12,383 nucleotides of DNA from a virus, in UHGV virus genome UHGV-1630673; one strand, written 5' to 3'. Position 1 is the stretch's first letter, and every line of letters begins with the position of its first letter. The notes beneath the pieces are model-generated. The model searched no databases. It was given only the letters and a program-made list of their open reading frames with translations, and had not been told where the DNA came from. The position numbers and the translations under genes are program-made. This document shows positions 1 through 5,213 of this stretch, piece by piece.

Positions 1-1
1 C

Positions 2-109
2 TATCTGCTTGACCGGAGTGAGTCCGGGGGCGAAGACGGCGAAACCAAAGCGGCTATTGCGGCGATGCGCCAGCAACTGAGCCAGTTTTCTCTCCCAAAA
101 ATTCTCTAA
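2..109 (+). CDS. 3' end of an upstream head gene (5'-truncated at window edge); by position possibly the prohead maturation protease
   Basis: Open frame enters from the window edge (frame 2) and ends at TAA 107-109; translation ...YLLDRSESGGEDGETKAAIAAMRQQLSQFSLPKIL*. It ends 9 nt before the major capsid start on the same strand. Function is inferred only from HK97-type gene order (protease immediately upstream of a delta-domain capsid gene). Confidence 0.35.
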   Translation, partial: YLLDRSESGGEDGETKAAIAAMRQQLSQFSLPKIL

Positions 110-118
110 GGGATTTAT

Positions 119-1339
119 ATGTACCAGAAAAAATCGGCTGACGATCAGCCACAAAGTATTGGTGAAATCTCCTCCCAGCTCACCATGGTGATTGATCAGG
201 TCAAAAACTTCGGCGAAGACGTGAAGAGAAAAATGGAGGCAGGAGAAACCGTTTCGCTGGAACTGAAACAAAGAACGGACGAAAGCCTTAATCAGATGAA
301 CGAGCTGAAAGAACGTCTCACTGAGCTGGAGCAAAAAGGTGCACGCCGCCCGAACGATGCACCTGCACAGCGAAAATCGCTCGGTGAGCTGGTGGTCGAA
401 AGTGAAGAGTTCAAAGGCATGGACAGTTCGGCCCGTAAGAGCATCCGCGTCAAGCTGGAACAGAAAGATATTATGAACGTGCCGGCGACTACGGGCACTG
501 GCGTGAGCGCAACAAACAGTCTGGTTGTATCCGATCGTGTTCAGGGCATTATCGCACCACCGGAACGCACTCTTACCATCCGTAACCTGCTGATCCCCGG
601 TAATACTGCATCCAACGGTATTGAATTCGTTCAGGAAACGGGGTTTACCAATAATGCTGCAGCTGTGGCGGAAGGTGCCCTCAAGCCAAAATCAGACATT
701 AAGTTTGAGCTGAAAAGTGCGCCGGTACGTACCATTGCGCATTATTTTAAAGCGTCCCGTCAGATCCTGGACGATGCGCCCGGTCTGGCCAGTTATATCG
801 ATGGCCGTGCTCAGTATGGTCTTCGCTTTAAAGAGGAGCAGCAGTTGCTGAGCGGCGATGGCACCGGCGCGAATATCCTCGGTATTCTGCCGCAGGCAAC
901 AGAATTTGCTCCAGCGCTTACCCTGTCCAACGCCACGCCGATCGACCGTCTTCGCCTGGCTGTTCTGCAGGCCGTTCTTGCAGAATATCCGGCGTCTGGT
1001 TTTGTACTGAACCCGATTGACTGGGCAGGCATCGAGTTGACCAAAGATAACGAAGGCCGCTACATCATTGCGCAGCCGGTCAATGGTGGTGTTCCACGTA
1101 TCTGGGGGCTTCCTGTTGTGGAAACTCAGGCTATGGCGCAGAACAACTTCCTGACTGGAGCCTTCAACATGGCTGCGCAAATCTTCGATCGCATGGATAT
1201 CGAAGTGCTGCTCTCCACTGAGAACGAAGATGACTTTATTAAAAACATGGTCACCATTCGTGCGGAAGAGCGTCTGGCATTAGCAGTTTATCGTCCGGAA
1301 GCATTTGTCACCGGTAATGTAACCGCTTCTGGCGGCTGA
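119..1339 (+). CDS. Major capsid protein, HK97-fold, with N-terminal delta (scaffold-like) domain
   Basis: 406-aa ORF with AAGGGA Shine-Dalgarno 108-113, 5 nt before ATG 119. The first ~100 residues are charged and coiled-coil-like (ISSQLTMVIDQVKNFGEDVKRKMEAGE...LKERLTELEQKG), typical of the HK97 gp5 delta domain; the remainder has the size and character of HK97-family capsid proteins. High GC, followed by a hairpin terminator. Confidence 0.88.
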   Translation: MYQKKSADDQPQSIGEISSQLTMVIDQVKNFGEDVKRKMEAGETVSLELKQRTDESLNQMNELKERLTELEQKGARRPNDAPAQRKSLGELVVESEEFKGMDSSARKSIRVKLEQKDIMNVPATTGTGVSATNSLVVSDRVQGIIAPPERTLTIRNLLIPGNTASNGIEFVQETGFTNNAAAVAEGALKPKSDIKFELKSAPVRTIAHYFKASRQILDDAPGLASYIDGRAQYGLRFKEEQQLLSGDGTGANILGILPQATEFAPALTLSNATPIDRLRLAVLQAVLAEYPASGFVLNPIDWAGIELTKDNEGRYIIAQPVNGGVPRIWGLPVVETQAMAQNNFLTGAFNMAAQIFDRMDIEVLLSTENEDDFIKNMVTIRAEERLALAVYRPEAFVTGNVTASGG

Positions 1340-1346
1340 CAATTCA

Positions 1347-1372
1347 GGGCCGCTTAGCGGCCCTCTCTTTCT
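1347..1372 (+). terminator. Intrinsic terminator-like hairpin after the capsid gene (probably partial/attenuating)
   Basis: Perfect 7-bp GC stem GGGCCGC (1347-1353), loop TTA, GCGGCCC (1357-1363), followed by a pyrimidine/T-rich tract TCTCTTTCT (1364-1372). The T tract is interrupted by C, so termination is probably incomplete. Confidence 0.5.
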
Positions 1373-1384
1373 GAGGAGATTGTG

Positions 1385-1639
1385 ATGGCCAGAAAAAATG
1401 TGGCTGAACCGTCTGTATCCGACGGTAAAAATGTGGCGCCAGAACCCTCTGAGTCCGGGACTATTCAGGTTCAGCCTGTCCGGCGTTTTATGGATGGCGA
1501 CATTTTCAGGACGCCTGCCGATGATCCTTTTCATGTCTCTCGCTTACGTGCTGCCGAGCTCAAAGGTAACGGGCTGGTGACGATAGTTGGTGAAGTCCCT
1601 GATAACAAAATGAACCGCGCCCCCGAAACCAAAGGGTAA
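1385..1639 (+). CDS. Small head-module protein of unknown function (84 aa)
   Basis: GAGGAG Shine-Dalgarno 1373-1378, 6 nt before ATG 1385 (the ORF track begins at GTG 1382). Stop TAA 1637-1639 overlaps the next start ATG 1639 (TAATG coupling). No family recognised. Confidence 0.6.
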   Translation: MARKNVAEPSVSDGKNVAPEPSESGTIQVQPVRRFMDGDIFRTPADDPFHVSRLRAAELKGNGLVTIVGEVPDNKMNRAPETKG

Positions 1640-1977
1640 TGGTTATGACGGTAATCAACACTGAAACAGCCATGGAACATCTCAGGCTGGATGATGAAAT
1701 CGATAAAACGATGGTGGAGGGGTATCTTGCCGCTGCGGAGGATGCTGCTATGCAGTTTCTTAACCGACGCTTTTTTGCTGACCAGGCCGCGCTGGATAAC
1801 GCAATTGAAAATGAAGGCGCCGGCGATCGCCCAATTATTATCACGCCCTCTATTCAGAGTGCGGTTCTTCTTATACTGGGCTGGCTATATGAAAACCGTG
1901 GGGATGACCTGGGTCATGATATCCCTGGCCCTGCGCGTTGGTTGCTTAATCCCTATCGCATCGATATGGGGGTATAA
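1639..1977 (+). CDS. Head-tail connector protein (phage gp6-like family)
   Basis: 112-aa ORF; N-terminal segment TAMEHLRLDDEIDKTMVEGYLAAAEDAAMQFLNRR matches the characteristic N-terminal pattern of gp6-like head-tail connector proteins. Position after capsid is consistent. Translationally coupled to the upstream ORF. Confidence 0.75.
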   Translation: MVMTVINTETAMEHLRLDDEIDKTMVEGYLAAAEDAAMQFLNRRFFADQAALDNAIENEGAGDRPIIITPSIQSAVLLILGWLYENRGDDLGHDIPGPARWLLNPYRIDMGV

Positions 1978-2042
1978 AAATATGGCCTGCGAAGGGTGCC
2001 GCCGTCGGCGTGAATGGTTAAAAAAGTGGACGAAAATTGCCT

Positions 2043-2240
2043 ATGAACGAGCAACAGGTAAACGCGCTGATAGCAGCGCTGAGCGAACAAACAGCAGCAC
2101 AGAGAGAGCAGACGGAAGCGATAAACCGCCTGGCTGAATCAAACATGGCTCTGTGTGATGTGATCATTCAGTCTCTGGCCGGTGAAGAGGATGTGCAGGC
2201 AGAGCCGAAAACCTATCTCAGCGGAAAACCCAGGGGGTGA
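2043..2240 (+). CDS. Small hypothetical protein (65 aa)
   Basis: ORF in the 265-bp gap between connector and head-tail joining genes; protein MNEQQVNALIAALSEQTAAQREQTEAINRLAESNMALCDVIIQSLAGEEDVQ... looks like a real helical protein. Stop 2238-2240 abuts the next start 2242. Shine-Dalgarno is weak (GTGGA 2026-2030); the ORF track starts at TTG 2037. Confidence 0.45.
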   Translation: MNEQQVNALIAALSEQTAAQREQTEAINRLAESNMALCDVIIQSLAGEEDVQAEPKTYLSGKPRG

Positions 2241-2241
2241 T

Positions 2242-2574
2242 ATGCAGGCCGGGAAATTGCGTCACAGGGTTATCCTGCAGGAGCCGGTAAAAGAGCAGAG
2301 CCCGACAACGGGCGCCGTAATCAATACCTGGCGCGATGTCGCAACCATCTGGGCCGAAATCTCCCCCTTATCTGCGCGGGAGTTTATCGCGGCCCAGGCA
2401 TCACAGGGCGAGATAACAACGCGTATAACGATTCGCTACCGGGCGGGCGTCACCAGAAAGCACAGGATTCTGTATCGCGATGGCATTTACAACATTGAAG
2501 GCGTTTTACCAGACCCGCGCAGCGGCAGGGAGTATCTGACGCTGCCCTGCTCAGAAGGGGTGAATGATGGCTGA
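2242..2574 (+). CDS. Head-tail joining / head closure protein (110 aa)
   Basis: GGGGGTGA upstream of ATG 2242. Protein MQAGKLRHRVILQEP...IWAEISPLSAREFIAAQA...ITIRYRAGVTRKHRILYRDGIYNIEGVLPDPRSGREYLTLPCSEG shows the typical pattern of phage head-tail joining proteins (GKLRHRV..LQ, RYR, Y.I..V.D..GR.E.L.L.C.E). Stop overlaps the next gene. Confidence 0.75.
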   Translation: MQAGKLRHRVILQEPVKEQSPTTGAVINTWRDVATIWAEISPLSAREFIAAQASQGEITTRITIRYRAGVTRKHRILYRDGIYNIEGVLPDPRSGREYLTLPCSEGVNDG

Positions 2575-3106
2575 TGGTGTAGAGGTTAACCTTACCGGGC
2601 TTGAGTCGGTGCTGGGCAAGATGGATGCTGTCTCACAGGTGACCCGCAATAAAACCGGGCGTGCAGCGCTGCGTAAAGCAGCAAACGTCATCCGGGACAG
2701 GGCCCGCAGTAATGCCGCTCGTGTTGATGACTTTCTTACTAAAGAAGCCATCTATAAAAATATTGTCGTCAGTTTCAGCAGCAAAGCCTTTCGCAGAACG
2801 GGCGACCCAACCTTTCGTGTAGGGGTAATGGGCGGAGCAAGGCAATATGCCAATACAAAGGCCAATGTGCGAAAAGGCAGGGCGGGTAAAAGTTATAATA
2901 CAGCCGGAGATAAAGGCAATCCCGGTGGTGATACCTGGTACTGGCGATTTCTGGAATTCGGGACCGAGCATATGGCTGCGAGGCCAATACTACGCCCGGC
3001 AATGAATGGCGTGGATACTGACGTAATTAATATTTTCGCTGTGGAACTGGAAAAGGCTATCGATCGTGCCGTCCGTAGCGCAGCCAAAAAAGGAACGTCC
3101 GTATGA
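2567..3106 (+). CDS. HK97 gp10-like tail component protein (179 aa)
   Basis: Contains WYWRFLEFGTEHMAARPILRPA, a close match to the conserved FLEFGT...ARPF(L)RPA signature of HK97 gp10-family proteins. Start ATG 2567 (track 2564, tandem ATGs) overlaps the upstream stop at 2572-2574. Confidence 0.75.
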   Translation: MADGVEVNLTGLESVLGKMDAVSQVTRNKTGRAALRKAANVIRDRARSNAARVDDFLTKEAIYKNIVVSFSSKAFRRTGDPTFRVGVMGGARQYANTKANVRKGRAGKSYNTAGDKGNPGGDTWYWRFLEFGTEHMAARPILRPAMNGVDTDVINIFAVELEKAIDRAVRSAAKKGTSV

Positions 3107-3468
3107 TAGCTCCAATATTCTCTGTCTGCGCGGCAAGCCAGGCTGTAAAGGATTTATTGGGTACCAACCCCGTCAGGCTCTATCCCTTCGGGATACAGGA
3201 TGACAATATCGTTTACCCCTACGCGGTCTGGCAAAACATTGGCGGCTCTCCTGAAAATTACCTGAACCAGCGGCCAGATGCTGATCACTACTCTCTTCAG
3301 GTTGATGTTTATGGTGATACCGATGCAGATGTAATTGCCGTGGCCCACGCATTGCGTGATGCCATCGAAGGGAAAGCCTATATTACCCGGTGGGGAGAGC
3401 AAAGCCGTAATGATTCCACGATGAAATACCGCTATTCCTTCGATGTTGACTGGATCGCGTCCAGGTAA
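3103..3468 (+). CDS. Tail completion / tail terminator-like protein (121 aa, DUF3168-like pattern)
   Basis: AGGAA Shine-Dalgarno 3091-3095; ATG 3103 overlaps the upstream stop (ATGA). N-terminal pattern SQAVKDLLGTNPVRLYPFGIQDDNIVYPYAVWQ resembles tail completion proteins encoded immediately upstream of major tail genes. The family call is tentative. Confidence 0.6.
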   Translation: MIAPIFSVCAASQAVKDLLGTNPVRLYPFGIQDDNIVYPYAVWQNIGGSPENYLNQRPDADHYSLQVDVYGDTDADVIAVAHALRDAIEGKAYITRWGEQSRNDSTMKYRYSFDVDWIASR

Positions 3469-3486
3469 CCAACAACCCTAAACTGA

Positions 3487-3512
3487 CCCGCTTTGAGCGG
3501 GTTTTTCTATTT
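3487..3512 (+). terminator. Intrinsic terminator-like hairpin upstream of the major tail gene
   Basis: CCCGC (3487-3491), loop TTTGA, GCGGG (3497-3501), followed by TTTTTCTATTT (3502-3512). It sits between the tail completion gene stop (3468) and the major tail Shine-Dalgarno GGAGA (3515-3519). Confidence 0.5.
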
Positions 3513-3525
3513 ATGGAGACTAAAA

Positions 3526-4017
3526 ATGTCTGTATTAACGCAAGGCACACAGTTCTTTGTTCTGAAATCTGGCGTGGTCAGCGAGGTTGAATGTATCACT
3601 AGCTTCAATCCCGGCGGCAACCCCGCCGATCAGATTGAAGATACCTGCCTGAGTGAACGGGATTCCAGAACCTACAAAAAAGGTCTGAAAACGCCAGCGG
3701 CTGCAACTGTCGGGCTCAATGCTGACCCGACGAACGCCAGCCACATCATGCTACATGGCCTTGCAGAAGCTAATGACCAGGCGTCATTAACTTTTGCCGT
3801 TGGCTGGTCAGATGGCACCAGCGTTCCGACCGTTGCCGCTTCCGGCGATGAAGATGCTGTTGATGGTCTGGTGCTTCCATCTGATCGCACCTGGTTTATT
3901 TTCCAGGGCTATGTTTCCGATTTTCCATTCGATTTTCAGGGCAATGCGGTTGTGACGACCTCTGCCACCATTCAGCGCTCGGGCTCTTCAGTATGGGTTC
4001 CGAAAGCCGCCGCGTAA
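3526..4017 (+). CDS. Major tail (tail tube) protein (163 aa)
   Basis: GGAGA Shine-Dalgarno 6 nt before ATG 3526 (track start 3493 is a TTG inside the terminator). Its position immediately before the chaperone G/GT pair, its size, and motif resemblance to lambda gpV N-domain-like tube proteins ([12 protein letters not shown]..., [10 protein letters not shown]..., [11 protein letters not shown]) support the call. Hairpins flank the gene on both sides. Confidence 0.75.
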   Translation: MSVLTQGTQFFVLKSGVVSEVECITSFNPGGNPADQIEDTCLSERDSRTYKKGLKTPAAATVGLNADPTNASHIMLHGLAEANDQASLTFAVGWSDGTSVPTVAASGDEDAVDGLVLPSDRTWFIFQGYVSDFPFDFQGNAVVTTSATIQRSGSSVWVPKAAA

Positions 4018-4024
4018 CCATTAT

Positions 4025-4050
4025 GCCCGGAAATCCGGGCTTCACTATTC
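4025..4050 (+). terminator. Hairpin / attenuator after the major tail gene
   Basis: GCCCGG (4025-4030), loop AAAT, CCGGGC (4035-4040), then TTCACTATTC. The stem is perfect but the U tract is weak, so this may be a partial terminator or a stabilising hairpin. Confidence 0.4.
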
Positions 4051-4060
4051 AGGAGTTGAA

Positions 4061-4444
4061 ATGCAGCTTACTCTCGATACGTTAAAAGAAACCGGGGCAT
4101 TCACTGGCCGCCCGGTAGAGAAAGAAATCAAATGGAAAGGTCGTGACGGGCAAGAACATATTGCAACCGTCTTTGTACGTCCTATGGGCTACCACACCAC
4201 TAAAGCTGAACTGCTGGCGTATAACGGCAAATCAGATCCGGTGGCTGGGCGTATTGCCGCCCATATCTGTGATGAGGAAGGCAAGCAAATCTTCACCGAG
4301 GCGGACATTCTCGGAACTGCATCTGAAGACCGTGGTGCACTTGATGGCCCGATTGTTATTGCCTTGCTGACCGTAATTCAGGGAGTCAACGAGCTGGGAA
4401 AGACTACGAACTCACAGGAGAAGACGAGTTCTGGTGTGAGTTAG
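4061..4444 (+). CDS. Tail assembly chaperone (lambda gpG-like), zero-frame product (127 aa)
   Basis: AGGAG Shine-Dalgarno 4051-4055 and ATG 4061. Position between major tail and tape measure genes. Contains an in-frame slippery heptamer near its 3' end; stop TAG 4442-4444. Confidence 0.8.
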   Translation: MQLTLDTLKETGAFTGRPVEKEIKWKGRDGQEHIATVFVRPMGYHTTKAELLAYNGKSDPVAGRIAAHICDEEGKQIFTEADILGTASEDRGALDGPIVIALLTVIQGVNELGKTTNSQEKTSSGVS

Positions 4445-4710
4445 TCATGAACGGCATTGGCGGGAGAACGATCGAGGAGGCTCAGGAGCGAATGAGCCTC
4501 CGTGAGTTTCAGATATGGGTAAAGTACCGCAATAAGTATGGTCAGCTTAACAACATGATGCGAACCGAGTGGGGGGCCTCGATGGTCGCTTCTGTTCTGG
4601 CGAACATCAATAAGGCGAAGAACACGCCTACTTATAAGGTCAGTGACTTTGCGCCCCATATCAATGAATCCCCTTTGTCGCTTCAAGATGCCATGAAAAA
4701 TTGGCACTGA
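4061..4710 (+). CDS. Tail assembly chaperone G-T fusion made by -1 frameshift at 4396-4402 (predicted ~216 aa)
   Basis: The -1 frame downstream of the slip site encodes DYELTGEDEFWCELVMNGIGGRTIEEAQERMSLREFQIWVKYRNKYGQL...ASVLANINKAK..., resembling the lambda gpT-like domain pattern. The T-frame ATG at 4447 has no Shine-Dalgarno, consistent with expression only as a fusion. Confidence 0.75.
4396..4402 (+). other. Programmed -1 ribosomal frameshift slippery heptamer G GGA AAG
   Basis: GGGAAAG at 4396-4402 lies in the G reading frame as G|GGA|AAG (codons 113-114 = Gly-Lys), the same heptamer and phasing as the phage lambda G/GT shift site. The -1 frame is open from 4402 to TGA 4708-4710, with no stop across the junction. 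Confidence 0.8.
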
Positions 4711-4773
4711 TAACTGTTAAATGCAGTGCAGGATCACTATCATCAGTAAACTAATAACTACTGGGATAGGGAT

Positions 4774-5151
4774 ATGAAAAAGTTAATTTTCGCTTTAGTA
4801 CTTGGCGCATCCGCTTTAACAATTACTGGCTGCGCCCCAACAGTCCAGAAAATCGACTACAACCAGAAATCTATGCTTCTATCTCTTGGGATGAGCAAAA
4901 ACGATGTTATGCAGATTATGGGATCGCCTAGAAGGACTGATGTTAACCCAGAGCGCGAACGCTGGATTTATTGGAATAAGTCTCTATACGGCTACACTAT
5001 TATCGATAACGAACAATTAGCTAATGATCGACTAGTTGTTACGTTTGTAAGCGGGAAAGTGGCTAAGTGGGGCCAACAAACATTGGCTGATGATGTCATG
5101 GAATCATCACAAAAAACCGCCCAAGCTTATGCCGAGGCACTTAAAAAATAG
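4774..5151 (+). CDS. Moron: predicted outer-membrane lipoprotein with BamE (SmpA/OmlA)-like motif pattern (125 aa)
   Basis: N-terminus MKKLIFALVLGASALTITGC is a signal peptide with lipobox ITG|C; residue +2 is Ala, so outer-membrane sorting is predicted. Mature part LSLGMSKNDVMQIMGSPRR...ERWIYWNK...LVVTFVSGKVAKW follows the BamE-like pattern (GM[ST]..V...G[ST]P...W.Y...[LV]TF..GK[LV]). The gene is clearly AT-rich relative to the head genes and is followed by a strong intrinsic terminator. Confidence 0.8.
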   Translation: MKKLIFALVLGASALTITGCAPTVQKIDYNQKSMLLSLGMSKNDVMQIMGSPRRTDVNPERERWIYWNKSLYGYTIIDNEQLANDRLVVTFVSGKVAKWGQQTLADDVMESSQKTAQAYAEALKK

Positions 5152-5172
5152 TCGCTTAAATTAAATTATGAA

Positions 5173-5195
5173 CCTCGCCTCGGCGGGGTTTTTTT
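5173..5195 (+). terminator. Intrinsic terminator after the lipoprotein moron
   Basis: CCTCG (5173-5177) pairs with CGGGG (5184-5188) (5 bp including one G-U pair, 6-nt loop), followed by seven T residues (5189-5195). Confidence 0.6.
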
Positions 5196-5213
5196 ATGCC
5201 TGGAGAAAACTTA

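Noticed and set aside
692-1180. Minus-strand ORFs of 162 aa (692-1180) and 77 aa (811-1044) inside the capsid gene
   Set aside because: They lie entirely within a well-supported plus-strand gene, have no upstream ribosome-binding context I can see, and have Arg/Ser/Cys-rich composition typical of antisense frames in GC-rich coding DNA.
1691-2137. 148-aa plus-strand ORF overlapping the head-tail connector gene in another frame
   Set aside because: Most of it overlaps the well-supported connector gene out of frame; only its 3' part (from ATG 1982) is a conceivable small ORF, which is discussed as an alternative in the findings.
2551-3087. Several minus-strand ORFs of 62-112 aa across the gp10-like / tail completion region and elsewhere (e.g. 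2633-2971, 6146-6367, 11245-11721)
   Set aside because: All are embedded antisense within strongly supported plus-strand genes, lack start contexts, and none shows a recognisable motif. Treated as frame noise.
3493-3525. TTG at 3493 as the major tail protein start (ORF track start)
   Set aside because: It falls inside the terminator hairpin; ATG 3526 has a well-placed GGAGA Shine-Dalgarno.
4704-4729. Inverted repeat GCACTG...CAGTGC overlapping the T-domain stop codon, with an internal TAAC-N-GTTA dyad (4711-4719)
   Set aside because: Short stem, 14-nt loop and no T-run; could be an operator or weak structure upstream of the moron, but it is within what chance would produce and I cannot support a function.
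4738-4757. Possible sigma-70 -10 elements (TATCAT 4738-4743, TAAACT 4747-4752) upstream of the lipoprotein gene
   Set aside because: No acceptable -35 hexamer at 16-18 bp spacing, so a promoter call would be speculative; mentioned only as a hint under the moron finding.
5196-5213. ATG at 5196 as the tape measure start (ORF track start)
   Set aside because: It sits directly on the terminator T-run with no Shine-Dalgarno, whereas ATG 5214 has GGAG at 8-nt spacing. I prefer 5214 but cannot exclude 5196 without N-terminal data.
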